Shown here one piece after another: positions 40,948-50,599 of a stretch of DNA of 64,000 bases. The position numbers were made by a program, and so were the translations under genes. The notes beneath the pieces are model-generated. The model was not told the DNA's origin. It saw only the letters and a list, made by a program, of their open reading frames with translations, and searched no databases. Source of the stretch: Patescibacteria group bacterium (GTDB taxonomy: Bacteria > Patescibacteriota > Patescibacteriia > UBA9934). The stretch is taken from contig JBBTSM010000003.1 in the NCBI GenBank assembly GCA_038064675.1, positions 38,663-102,662 on the forward strand, in the 5' to 3' direction. Position 1 is the stretch's first letter, and every line of letters begins with the position of its first letter.

Positions 40948-41367
40948 CTATTTCTGCACGGTAATCGTGATATCGTGCGTCATTGGCTGAACAACCTTCA
41001 TGCTGGCAACCATATGATCCCAATACGGTGGGTTGAGATTTTCCCAACGACGGACGTTGACGGTACTGCCATCCGATGAAAAATGCGCTTCTGGCGTTGG
41101 ATCTGGAATAGCTTCTGTAGGACAAATAAGATACGCGTTTCCAGCGCCAGGACCAAGTCGACACGTATCCGGAATCTCAAATTCAACAATTCCACCAATC
41201 GTGACGGTCTGCCAGTCAATCGCCGACGACGCCTCGTCGTCCACCGGAATACCGATATTGTCACTCACGCCAAGATATCGTGCGGTGAAGAATCCAATCA
41301 CCATCGCCACCACTGTCATTGCCACACCAATCAGCACACCCTTCCACACAAGAGATTGCTTGATCAT
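40948..41367 (-). CDS. Hypothetical membrane-anchored exported protein
   Basis: N-terminal TM segment followed by a small Cys-containing domain. Confidence 0.7.
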   Translation of the reverse strand: MIKQSLVWKGVLIGVAMTVVAMVIGFFTARYLGVSDNIGIPVDDEASSAIDWQTVTIGGIVEFEIPDTCRLGPGAGNAYLICPTEAIPDPTPEAHFSSDGSTVNVRRWENLNPPYWDHMVASMKVVQPMTHDITITVQK

Positions 41368-41394
41368 ATGCACACAGCATAGCACGAAAAAAGA

Positions 41395-43929
41395 TTAAAA
41401 ATCTCTCATGGCTACAACCGCAATAATATCTGAGAGATTGAACACTTCTTCCGCATCTTTCAATAACAATTGTGGTATGAACTTTTGCAATTCAGCACGC
41501 ACACCAATAATAATCGCCCCTCTGTCGGCACCCAATTCGAGAGCAGCTAACGCCTCATCATTCGCATCAACCTCTGCAGGAATCTTTTTCCATACGTTCA
41601 GGTACATTGGTATCCAATCATTACGGGATTCAGATTTTGCTCTTACTCCTATTTTCGTCCAAACATGTTCTACACGACGACGCAGATCCGCAATTATTCC
41701 GCGAATTCGTTCTGGGCGAAGGTCTTGAGCGGCAAGCTCAACTTGAACAGCACGAACCGCTTCAGTCAAACTCGGAATATGTTTTTCATATAATTCCGCC
41801 AAAGCCTTTTCTTGATCAGTTGGCTTATCTTTTGACTGAGTCTTTGGTTTAGCGCCTAACGTTTTCAATTCGCTAATCACGCCACGTAACGCATCAACTT
41901 CATCAACAAAACCAGCAAGCAATTCCGGAGTCATCTTCTCGGCCTCAGTGAGCTTCGCTTCGGAAGCTACAGAAACATGTTTTATTGTATTTTTTGGCAC
42001 AGGTGCCACTTCAGGTTTTTTACCCCTTGTAAAGGCATCCGCTAATTGATGTGTAGTAAGAACGGCTGACGGATGTCCCGAAACGTTCATGCCCTCTAGT
42101 GTTGTACTTGCGTTCGATGCGACATGATCGAGTGTCGGTTGGGATTGGGGTTTGCTCTGCGTGCTTCTTGGTTGTGCTAAACCATTTGCAACCTCTACGT
42201 CCTCTCTTCTTGGACCCGCCCCCGTCACACCGTTCCAATCGTAAGAAAGGTATCCATACTCTCCTCCCCCTCCTTCGCCGCCAAACAGCGTACCAACGCC
42301 CCGTTCGTTCACCAACCCATATCCGGTCTGTTCTTTTCTATCTCTAACCTCTTGCCAACGAATACACCAATCTGGTTTTTCAACAGTGGCAACAATAAAC
42401 GGATTTCTACCAATCGCAGTTGGAAGATTTCCATCTAATGGAGAGAGCCCCTCACATTGAACCGTATTACTGTATCTACTCCCAAGATTAATGGGAGGTT
42501 TAATACCAACAACCGGCTTGTCGCCCGGCAAAAAGAGCTTCTCTCCTGCTACTTTTTCACCAAAACCCTCACCCGGCTTTCGTCCGAATTTCTCAAAGAT
42601 CTCTGGCTCAACCCCATGGAGAAACCACGGAGCTGGTGTTGCCGGAGCCTCCATCGCCTTTCGGAGCGCACCCTCAGCTTCAGCTTGTGTTTTTCCCACG
42701 ATCACTTCTACTTCCCTACGTCCCCTTAACGTTTCTTCAATGTTGGAACGCAGTTGCTGAATGTAATCGCGGTATACCTGGATGTCTGCACGCAAAGATT
42801 CTCTATTCTCAGACCGCCTGTCTACACTCGGCGCAACAGTAGCCACACGTGCCGAGCGTGCTCGCACATGAAGCGCTTCTATTTCTTCAGAAAGCTCATG
42901 AAACGTTGCGCTGATCTGGCGTCTTTCATTCCACTCAGCATTCAATTCTTCAAGTTTTGCAGCGTCATCTACACGCCATCGATCTTCATACGTTTTCCGT
43001 ACATCCTCGAGTGCTTGGCGATATTGAGAGCGCCATCTCTCGGGTTCAGTAAATATTCTCCCATCAATCTTTAGATTGACAATGGGATCATGCCCACTCA
43101 AGATTTCCTTGAGCGTCTTTTTCCGTTCTTCAAGCAATCTGCTTCGTATTTCTTCAGCAGTATCCTCTGGAGCCTTACCGTGTTCTGATAGGAAAAACGA
43201 CTTCCTCCCACCGGGTAAACCCGGAATCCACATCAGAGGACGTTCATCTTTCGGCGCCAACCCAACCGTCAAAAAATACTGGATAACTGTTGTATCACGG
43301 TAGCCGCCAGTCTCAAACGTATCGCCATGAAAGCTCGAGGTAGCCCGTTCCTGTCCTCTTCCTTCTTTTGAATCAACGGACAGCTCTCCCGGCGCTTCTA
43401 AATCAACAATATCTGCACGAATACTGGCTATAGTCCTTTCTTGTTCTTCTATGTCTCGTTCAATAGTGGCTCTTGCTAAGTTCTCAGGATTTGGAATGAG
43501 CAAACGCGCCATTTCCAATACCCTTGCTTGCACCGCCGTGCTCAGCAGATCGAATGTTTCAGTAAGCTCCGGAAGTCCTGTGTGCGAAATCCACACAATT
43601 TCCTCCGGATATATTGCTCCCGGAATATCATCGAATTCCAATTCTACACAGACTGATTGATCTTTTGCCACGATTCTTTCTGTAAGATGCGTTTTCCAAT
43701 GCGTTGAGAGACGTGCTTCTTCAGATGAAATTTCTTTAACGCCCTGTGGGTACGTCAGTGCTATGCGGTCGCTACGTAACGTCGTAACGCTCTGTGGCTC
43801 ACCAAAGGTATCAAAGAAGCTTGGACCAGCAGCATCCAGGCGCCTTTCCCATAACCACTTTGTGCGCTCGTCCATCGATACGCCTTCTAAACCTCGAGGC
43901 ATGTTCCTTGTATTGACTGGATTCGGCAT
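41395..43929 (-). CDS. Large orphan protein with coiled-coil segments
   Basis: About 844-aa uninterrupted ORF, AT-richer codons, no recognised motif. Confidence 0.8.
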   Translation of the reverse strand: MPNPVNTRNMPRGLEGVSMDERTKWLWERRLDAAGPSFFDTFGEPQSVTTLRSDRIALTYPQGVKEISSEEARLSTHWKTHLTERIVAKDQSVCVELEFDDIPGAIYPEEIVWISHTGLPELTETFDLLSTAVQARVLEMARLLIPNPENLARATIERDIEEQERTIASIRADIVDLEAPGELSVDSKEGRGQERATSSFHGDTFETGGYRDTTVIQYFLTVGLAPKDERPLMWIPGLPGGRKSFFLSEHGKAPEDTAEEIRSRLLEERKKTLKEILSGHDPIVNLKIDGRIFTEPERWRSQYRQALEDVRKTYEDRWRVDDAAKLEELNAEWNERRQISATFHELSEEIEALHVRARSARVATVAPSVDRRSENRESLRADIQVYRDYIQQLRSNIEETLRGRREVEVIVGKTQAEAEGALRKAMEAPATPAPWFLHGVEPEIFEKFGRKPGEGFGEKVAGEKLFLPGDKPVVGIKPPINLGSRYSNTVQCEGLSPLDGNLPTAIGRNPFIVATVEKPDWCIRWQEVRDRKEQTGYGLVNERGVGTLFGGEGGGGEYGYLSYDWNGVTGAGPRREDVEVANGLAQPRSTQSKPQSQPTLDHVASNASTTLEGMNVSGHPSAVLTTHQLADAFTRGKKPEVAPVPKNTIKHVSVASEAKLTEAEKMTPELLAGFVDEVDALRGVISELKTLGAKPKTQSKDKPTDQEKALAELYEKHIPSLTEAVRAVQVELAAQDLRPERIRGIIADLRRRVEHVWTKIGVRAKSESRNDWIPMYLNVWKKIPAEVDANDEALAALELGADRGAIIIGVRAELQKFIPQLLLKDAEEVFNLSDIIAVVAMRDF

Positions 43930-44033
43930 AGAATTGAAATATACTTTGTATTGTACCAAATCCTCGTTGCGACGCATGACTAATCCGTGTAATGGTTTTC
44001 AGGTTCAAAATAAAAAGTTACGCACGCAATTTT

Positions 44034-44471
44034 CTACCGCACACGCTGCCGATCGTAGCCAAAATGCACTTCATCAATAAGCTCAATTCGCGTTGGACGA
44101 AGCACGTACCATTGGTGATCTTCGAGAACGACGAAATCCCCAGCAGGCTCTGGCTTATTTCGTTTCCGGAAGTGCTTCACCACAATCTCGCGAGGCACAG
44201 AATCGATTACCTCCGCCACTCCACTCATCTGCACCCCACGATCCGGCTCCCCCGGCCTCATCGTCGCCGTTATCGCTGCCGCGACATTCGGATTCTTTAC
44301 GATCGCCAACGAATGCCTTCGATTCACCGAACTCATCCAATACACACTGAACTCATCGTCATGAACAAAAATCACATCCGCCACCCAAACGCCCTCCTCA
44401 TCGGAAACGCCGAGGGACATCAAATATGAAGAATCGAGGGCCTCGTGTGTAAGAGCAATAAGATCATTCAT
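44034..44471 (-). CDS. Pyridoxamine 5'-phosphate oxidase-like FMN-binding protein
   Basis: MSLGVS...W, SxxxRRHS...NPNVA, GVQMSG. Confidence 0.85.
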   Translation of the reverse strand: MNDLIALTHEALDSSYLMSLGVSDEEGVWVADVIFVHDDEFSVYWMSSVNRRHSLAIVKNPNVAAAITATMRPGEPDRGVQMSGVAEVIDSVPREIVVKHFRKRNKPEPAGDFVVLEDHQWYVLRPTRIELIDEVHFGYDRQRVR

Positions 44472-45087
44472 ACCTTCGTGGAACAAGCGTCGCACCATTC
44501 TGATACGCCTTCATGAAGTGATCTATAGAAACACGATGGCCTGGTCGCGGGGGCAGGCCAGGATCGTGAAAAGTAACTTCGTCACCTTGAATGTCGTACA
44601 CCAAGATTGCGTGTCCAGCGTTATTGTCGACACCGTGCAAAATACCGAAATGCACGAATGCGATAATAAAATACTCCTGAAGCATCACTCGCATCTGTTC
44701 CGCGCTCAATGCCTGAATCGCGAGTAAACCTGCATCGATCATCTCTTGAGCGTCTTTGTGTTCTCGTTCGAATCCCGGCGTCGCATGTGCCTCTTGATCT
44801 GCTACCCATTTTTCATTCCCCCGATAATACTCAAGTAAATACTCGTGACTATTTTTTACAAACTGATGATAATCAAAATTCGTCCAGTATTTTGTTCCGG
44901 GGAACATTCCATTCAGATTGATGATGCTTCTCGGCGGCCATGTATATAGTCCAGGCGTAAATCCCGTTATTGCGTTCGCTTCTTCCCACGAAATCTGTTT
45001 TCCCAACGCCTCACACACCATTCGAATACACGCCTGCGAGCAATGCAGGTCATCGGGAAGATTGGAGTAGAAGGCTGGTTCGAGCAT
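44464..45087 (-). CDS. Peptidase C39-like protein
   Basis: HCSQAC (Cys), GHAILV (His), FHDPG (Asp). Confidence 0.75.
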   Translation of the reverse strand: MLEPAFYSNLPDDLHCSQACIRMVCEALGKQISWEEANAITGFTPGLYTWPPRSIINLNGMFPGTKYWTNFDYHQFVKNSHEYLLEYYRGNEKWVADQEAHATPGFEREHKDAQEMIDAGLLAIQALSAEQMRVMLQEYFIIAFVHFGILHGVDNNAGHAILVYDIQGDEVTFHDPGLPPRPGHRVSIDHFMKAYQNGATLVPRRYE

Positions 45088-45123
45088 AGGTTTTCCGACA
45101 GATACAAACCTGTCTTGAGATAT

Positions 45124-45450
45124 TTATCCATTTGCCAAAACAAATCGTACGACCTTCATCATCGAATTCCAGTCCACGCCGCCGTCGTAATACCCCTGAT
45201 ACGTTGCAAGCATGATTTCGTTGTTCTCAAACGGTTCGTGACCAAACCGATCGCTTTCTGAAACAGCGTGAAAGGGCTTTTCTGAAATTTCTACCACTCG
45301 GGCATGTCCAAAAATCTTTCCGTCCTCATAACATAATCGCAATTTGTCACCGACAGAAATATTTTTGTCATCAAAGAATCTCCATGTAACCGTTTTCGTT
45401 CCCGCAAGAATCATGTCAGCGAGTTCTTTCCGAAACTTCAGTCGTTTCAT
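45124..45450 (-). CDS. ASCH domain protein
   Basis: ILAGTKTVTWR (GxKxxTxR), VGD. Confidence 0.88.
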   Translation of the reverse strand: MKRLKFRKELADMILAGTKTVTWRFFDDKNISVGDKLRLCYEDGKIFGHARVVEISEKPFHAVSESDRFGHEPFENNEIMLATYQGYYDGGVDWNSMMKVVRFVLANG

Positions 45451-45453
45451 ATC

Positions 45454-45762
45454 TTACTCTAAGGAATACACATCAATTACCGGCTCTTCGTACGGATGAA
45501 CCGCCTTGATCGCTGCGATGATTCCTGCAACGCCTTCGCGAGTACAACTAATTTCGATTCGCTCCTCCTCGACCACTTCCAATGTTCCGACCTCGCCGAT
45601 CGCCGGATTCGCACCATCAAGCGGCAAGAATCTTCCAACCCCTTTCGTTGAGAAACTGCAGTATCCATAATTCCCCACACGATCGAGTCCCGTCTTTCCG
45701 ATCGTATCACGAACAATATCGGCGTGAGTGACGGGAACGGTGACGATGAGCTTAAGATTCAT
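45454..45762 (-). CDS. YqfO/NIF3-associated PII-like domain protein
   Basis: GNYGYCSF, GRFLPLDGANPAIG, HPYEEP. Confidence 0.9.
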   Translation of the reverse strand: MNLKLIVTVPVTHADIVRDTIGKTGLDRVGNYGYCSFSTKGVGRFLPLDGANPAIGEVGTLEVVEEERIEISCTREGVAGIIAAIKAVHPYEEPVIDVYSLE

Positions 45763-45771
45763 ACGTCTATT

Positions 45772-46659
45772 TTAAACTCCCACGGGGGTCAAGGCGCTAT
45801 TTAGCAAGGTGGCGCTACAGACTTCAAAATCCGAAAAATCTGTCATAGAAAAGTCTGTTGCCTTTGGCGAGAAATACGCCACGCTAACCGGAGCCTGCTT
45901 CATAAAAAAACAGAATGTCTCTTGCGTAACCGGACATTTTGATGGGTCTGGGCTTTCTGTTAAAGGCGAATGATGAGTCAGCATCCGCCTCACAATCCAA
46001 ACTACACAATCGGCAACTTGCAACATCAACGATTCATTCGATGGGACATAATGAAGATTGCTCATCAAAAATACAGCCCTTGATTCAAAATCAAATTTCG
46101 AAACACGCGATCTCCCTCCGCTCGAAGAGATTGAGCGCCAGGCAACCATATTGGACAGTAAAGCAGAAACTTCTCGCTCATCTTGAGAGCTCGCGTCTTC
46201 TTTCCCGTTCATTTTGTCGAAAATCAAAATCCCATTTTGATTTGCCGCCGCTAGCTTGTACTCAAGAATATGAATCATCGCGTGCGCGGCCATCTTCTTT
46301 TTCTCAAACTGGATTTTTGGCTCCAATCCTTTTTGTTTCACATCAATTCCCAAAACAAGCGGGCACGACATCTTTGACAGTAGCTGAAGCAGCTCTTCGA
46401 AAAACTCCTTTACGACCTTTACGTCTCTAGCGCCGCTCATCGCCGCGTTCCAGAGCTCATGAGCATGGATCTCATTCTTGCTCCAATCGCTAATCCCCAA
46501 TTTGTGGTTTACGAGCTCCGCGAACATTCGCTCAAGATGATGATACTTATTCTCGTGAACCATGAGACCCCCAAAAATGATATAAGGGCCGTCACTAAAA
46601 ATTCCCGATCCATCGGTCTTAAAGTTAATACCTGATTCGTCCGTATGTACTAAAAACAT
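45772..46659 (-). CDS. DUF3800 family protein
   Basis: N-terminal DESG, EIHA, C-terminal LQVAD. Confidence 0.8.
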   Translation of the reverse strand: MFLVHTDESGINFKTDGSGIFSDGPYIIFGGLMVHENKYHHLERMFAELVNHKLGISDWSKNEIHAHELWNAAMSGARDVKVVKEFFEELLQLLSKMSCPLVLGIDVKQKGLEPKIQFEKKKMAAHAMIHILEYKLAAANQNGILIFDKMNGKEDASSQDEREVSALLSNMVAWRSISSSGGRSRVSKFDFESRAVFLMSNLHYVPSNESLMLQVADCVVWIVRRMLTHHSPLTESPDPSKCPVTQETFCFFMKQAPVSVAYFSPKATDFSMTDFSDFEVCSATLLNSALTPVGV

Positions 46660-46662
46660 ACA

Positions 46663-49497
46663 TTATTTCCCATGACACTTCTTGAACTTCTTTCCGCTTC
46701 CGCAATAACATGGTTCGTTGGGACGAGGTTTCTTGGAAACTGAATCACCTGCGAGAGATGCTTCGCTTTCGCTCAGCATGACTGAGTCGGATGGAGAAGC
46801 GGGATTCGATTCGGCTACTGCCGACTGCCCACTGCCTACTGCCCGACTCGGCACATCAATCACCGTTGTATCGCCGCTGGATTGCTGCGAGAGGAATTGC
46901 ACTGCATTACGGATCAGCTGCGGAGCGTTTTCCATGATGTGCTTTGCGGCGAGGTGTTGGTCGATGATTTTGAAGAGATTGTAGGCAACTTCGCGGCCGA
47001 GTTCGGAACGCATGGCGTTATACAGACGGTAGGATTCGCGTTTGTATTCCACGAGAGGATCGCGCTGAGCGTAGCCTTGAAGACCGATGGTACGGCGCAA
47101 GTAGGTCATGTCATCAAGGTGCTGCATCCACAGCGTGTCGTTGGCGCGCAGCAAAATATTACGCTCAAGCGCCATGAGGTGCTTTGCGTCACCAAATTTT
47201 TCCACGGCACCGTCGTATGCGCGGCGGATTGCACCATTCACGACTTCGATAACATGAGTTCGCTGATGCGCGAGCTTTTCTTTGTCGATGGACAATGCTC
47301 CGAGCTCCTCGCGAATTGCCGACGACTCTGTCTCTTCGAGTTTCACGATCGTACTGAGGCTCTCAACGATTTCCTGCGGATCCCAATCAGGCTTTCCTGC
47401 AGCTTCATCCTCGACGAAGTCTTTCGGCACATCGGCCTCTGCCTTGCTTGTATGGAAGAACACCACGCGCTCGATTTCCTTCTCGATAATTGTATGGACG
47501 AGTTCGTGCGCCTTTTCCTCGCTCTTCATCACTTCCTTGCGCTCGTTGTACACGGCAGTGCGATGCTTATTCAGCACGTCGTCGTATTCCAACACGTGTT
47601 TACGCGTATCAAAATGGTGGCCCTCCACGCGCTGCTGGGATTTTTCGAGCGCCTTTGTGACCATCTTGCTTTCAATTGGCGTTGCGTCGTCAATGCCAAG
47701 TTTATCCATCATGCCCTTCACGCGATCGCTACCGAAGATACGCATCAAATCGTCGTCGAGTGACACAAAGAACTGCGTGCTACCCGGATCACCCTGTCGG
47801 CCTGCGCGACCACGAAGCTGATTATCAATACGGCGTGATTCATGACGCTCTGTGCCAATCACGTGCAACCCGCCGAGCTTCTTCACCTCTTCTGCCATTG
47901 CCGCATCAACCGGGTTTCCTCCAAGCAGAATGTCCACACCACGACCAGCCATGTTTGTGGCGAGCGTCACGGCGCCTCGTCGTCCGGCCTGTGCAATGAT
48001 TTCACCTTCACGCTCGTGATTCTTCGCGTTGAGTGTGTTGTGAATCACGCCCGCTGCGGTGAGAAACTTCGAAAGCGACTCGTTCTTATCAATAGACACG
48101 GTTCCGATGAGCACTGGTTGTCCGATTTCGTTCAAACGTTTCACTTCCTCAACCACCGCCATCCACTTTCCCATTTCATTTTTGTAGATACGATCTGGCA
48201 AATCTTTGCGCCGTGCTTCGTGGTTCGTTGGAATCGTAACAACATCAAGTTTGTAAATCTTCGCAAACTCCTCGGCTTCCGTGCTAGCAGTTCCGGTCAT
48301 TCCAGAAAGCTTCTCGTACATGCGGAAATAGTTCTGGAACGTAATGGTTGCAAGCGTCTTGCTCTCGCGTTGAATTTTTACGCCTTCTTTTGCTTCGATA
48401 GCCTGATGAAGGCCTTCCGAATATCGACGGCCCTCCATGATACGACCAGTAAATTCATCCACGATCAGCACTTCGCCGGTACGAACAACATAATCGCGAT
48501 CCACCTTAAACAAGGAGTGTGCTTTTAACGCCTGCTCGGCATGATGCACCATCGCCAACCCTTCTTCGTACAAATTCTTGACGTTCAACAAGCGTTCCAG
48601 CTTTTGCAAACCATTTTCGGTAAACGTGGATACGCGCATCTTCTCGTCAATGTTGAAATCCTCACCCTCAACGCAATTCTTAATGACGTCGGCGAATCGA
48701 TAGTACAGATCCGTCGATTCCTGCGCTGCCGCAGAAATGATCAACGGTGTACGCGCCTCGTCGATAAGAATCGAATCGACTTCGTCCACGATTGCGTAAT
48801 GTAATCCACGCTGAACAACTTCCTCCGCGCGGCTCGCCATGTTGTCGCGCAAGTAGTCGAAACCAAATTCATTGTTCGTGCCATACGTGACATCGGCAGC
48901 GTACGCTTCCGATCGACTCACTGGACGAAGCGAATCGGATGCGACATGGAATCCTGCAACCGTCTCCGCGCCTTCTGCTGGAACTTCGACTTTAAAATCC
49001 GCATCGTACACGTAACCACTTTCGTGCTGAATACACGCAACAGTTAATCCGAGCGACGCAAACACACGGCCCATCCACACAGAATCGCGCTTTGCCAAGT
49101 AGTCGTTCACCGTCACGAGGTGAACGCCCTTTCCGGTAAGCGCATTCAAGTACGTCGGCGCCGTTGCCGTAAGCGTTTTCCCCTCACCCGTTCGCATTTC
49201 GGCAATTGCGCCGCGGTGCAACGTGAGCCCGCCCATCATCTGCACGTCAAAATGCCGCTGGCCAAGCACGCGCTTACTCGCCTCACGAACCACAGCAAAG
49301 GCCTCGTGCGCCATGGAATCGAGCGTTTCTCCATTTGCCAGCCGCTCACGGAACGCCTGTGTTTTTGCCTTTAACTCGTCGGCGGAAAGCTTTTGAAGAC
49401 CTTCTTCAAAGGCGGCGATCTTTTCTGCGTCTTTCCGAAGACTTTTAACAATTTTTGCGTTTGGGTCACCGAAAATCGTGGAAAGGGAGAAGGCCAT
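46663..49497 (-). CDS. secA: Preprotein translocase SecA
   Basis: MRTGEGKT, VTVNDYLA, DEVDSILIDEARTP, ATNMAGRG, SEC-C CYCGSGKKFKKCH. Confidence 0.98.
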   Translation of the reverse strand: MAFSLSTIFGDPNAKIVKSLRKDAEKIAAFEEGLQKLSADELKAKTQAFRERLANGETLDSMAHEAFAVVREASKRVLGQRHFDVQMMGGLTLHRGAIAEMRTGEGKTLTATAPTYLNALTGKGVHLVTVNDYLAKRDSVWMGRVFASLGLTVACIQHESGYVYDADFKVEVPAEGAETVAGFHVASDSLRPVSRSEAYAADVTYGTNNEFGFDYLRDNMASRAEEVVQRGLHYAIVDEVDSILIDEARTPLIISAAAQESTDLYYRFADVIKNCVEGEDFNIDEKMRVSTFTENGLQKLERLLNVKNLYEEGLAMVHHAEQALKAHSLFKVDRDYVVRTGEVLIVDEFTGRIMEGRRYSEGLHQAIEAKEGVKIQRESKTLATITFQNYFRMYEKLSGMTGTASTEAEEFAKIYKLDVVTIPTNHEARRKDLPDRIYKNEMGKWMAVVEEVKRLNEIGQPVLIGTVSIDKNESLSKFLTAAGVIHNTLNAKNHEREGEIIAQAGRRGAVTLATNMAGRGVDILLGGNPVDAAMAEEVKKLGGLHVIGTERHESRRIDNQLRGRAGRQGDPGSTQFFVSLDDDLMRIFGSDRVKGMMDKLGIDDATPIESKMVTKALEKSQQRVEGHHFDTRKHVLEYDDVLNKHRTAVYNERKEVMKSEEKAHELVHTIIEKEIERVVFFHTSKAEADVPKDFVEDEAAGKPDWDPQEIVESLSTIVKLEETESSAIREELGALSIDKEKLAHQRTHVIEVVNGAIRRAYDGAVEKFGDAKHLMALERNILLRANDTLWMQHLDDMTYLRRTIGLQGYAQRDPLVEYKRESYRLYNAMRSELGREVAYNLFKIIDQHLAAKHIMENAPQLIRNAVQFLSQQSSGDTTVIDVPSRAVGSGQSAVAESNPASPSDSVMLSESEASLAGDSVSKKPRPNEPCYCGSGKKFKKCHGK
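46756..46841. repeat. GA-mismatch palindrome plus four heptamer repeats in the secA C-terminal linker
   Basis: Reverse complement GTCATGCTGAGCGAAAGCGAAGCATCT (46756-46782); GCTACTG CCGACTG CCCACTG CCTACTG (46814-46841). Confidence 0.75.
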
Positions 49498-49546
49498 AGA
49501 TGGCCAAATTGTGCCAGAACTCAGCCGATTTCACAAGGAAAGAATG

Positions 49547-49575
49547 TTGACGAAGAGCCGGAAATGCGCTAATCT
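49547..49575 (+). promoter_or_regulatory. Putative sigma70 promoter
   Basis: TTGACG-N17-TAATCT. Confidence 0.55.
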
Positions 49576-49626
49576 TAGCGCGCACGTCGAAGTCCGTGGG
49601 CAACGATCGATCCTCCGGAGTCACGC

Positions 49627-49749
49627 ATGTTCCTCTTTCCGGTGAACTCGATCAACATCAGCAACTCCAAGATCGACGGCTGCGTACTCACCGGCAGTGC
49701 CATCGACATCGGCGAGTTCTTCCTCACCATGCCGAAAGCAAGATCCTAG
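49627..49749 (+). CDS. 40-aa orphan small protein
   Basis: GGAG RBS, MFLFPVNSINISNSKIDGCVLTGSAIDIGEFFLTMPKARS, with a promoter upstream and a hairpin downstream. Confidence 0.55.
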   Translation: MFLFPVNSINISNSKIDGCVLTGSAIDIGEFFLTMPKARS

Positions 49750-49871
49750 CCCCAACGACGCGCGCCGCCTCCCCTTCTTGGGTCGAGGCGGCGTGGTGCG
49801 TTTTAGGGTGTCAATCGTTGACGAAAGCCTAAAAATATACAATGATCAAAGCGCCAATGGCAGGAGTCCAT

Positions 49872-50183
49872 GTGAGTATCGTAGAACAAATTCAGAGCAA
49901 TCGAGTCCGGTACGCCGGTGGGAAGGTCCGCATTCTCCAAAACAGCGGACGGACGGAAGTCGACGGCACCATCGCCAGGATTCTCGTGGAGGGCATTTTC
50001 CTCTGTGTCGTCGAATCGACGCGAACGGTCAGCGAAGACTGGGGCGTAACCTGGAAAGAGTCAGGGCCCGAAACCACCACCGTCCCACTAGCCAACGTTC
50101 AGTTCGATAGCCTGGGAAACATCCTCGCGACGAACCCTCCGTCGATCATCCGCCTCACGCTGTCGCCCGTCGCAGCACCCTAG
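49872..50183 (+). CDS. Orphan hypothetical protein
   Basis: AGGAG before an in-frame GTG; hairpin after the stop. Confidence 0.6.
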   Translation: MSIVEQIQSNRVRYAGGKVRILQNSGRTEVDGTIARILVEGIFLCVVESTRTVSEDWGVTWKESGPETTTVPLANVQFDSLGNILATNPPSIIRLTLSPVAAP

Positions 50184-50248
50184 CCGTCCGCCCGCCGCGG
50201 ACTGCTCAACGCAACGCCGCCTTCCTACCGGAGGGCGGCGTGTCTGTT

Positions 50249-50599
50249 TTATTCGATGATTTCTGGATCGAGACCCTTCTGACCAGAGTCGTCAATACGA
50301 ATACGATGATATTCTGTACGCCATGAAGCGCCGTCCTTGGGGAAGAGCAATACTTTTACGAAATATGTATCACGCGTAACACCGGTTACCCAATAGATTC
50401 CTTTTTCGTGAATCGGCGGATACCCGTCTCGCGTGAACCAATGATTGTGCAACGATGTTGAAACGTACCAGCTCATGTCTTCGTTGCCACCGGATTGATT
50501 CCAGTCACCGTCAACAGGACTTGGCCAAAATATTCCGAATACTGCCAAGACAATCGTTATGCACATTGCTCCGAGAACGTACTTTATCATTTTTTTCAT
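50249..50599 (-). CDS. Hypothetical exported protein
   Basis: N-terminal TM/signal; ATGA overlap. Confidence 0.7.
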   Translation of the reverse strand: MKKMIKYVLGAMCITIVLAVFGIFWPSPVDGDWNQSGGNEDMSWYVSTSLHNHWFTRDGYPPIHEKGIYWVTGVTRDTYFVKVLLFPKDGASWRTEYHRIRIDDSGQKGLDPEIIE

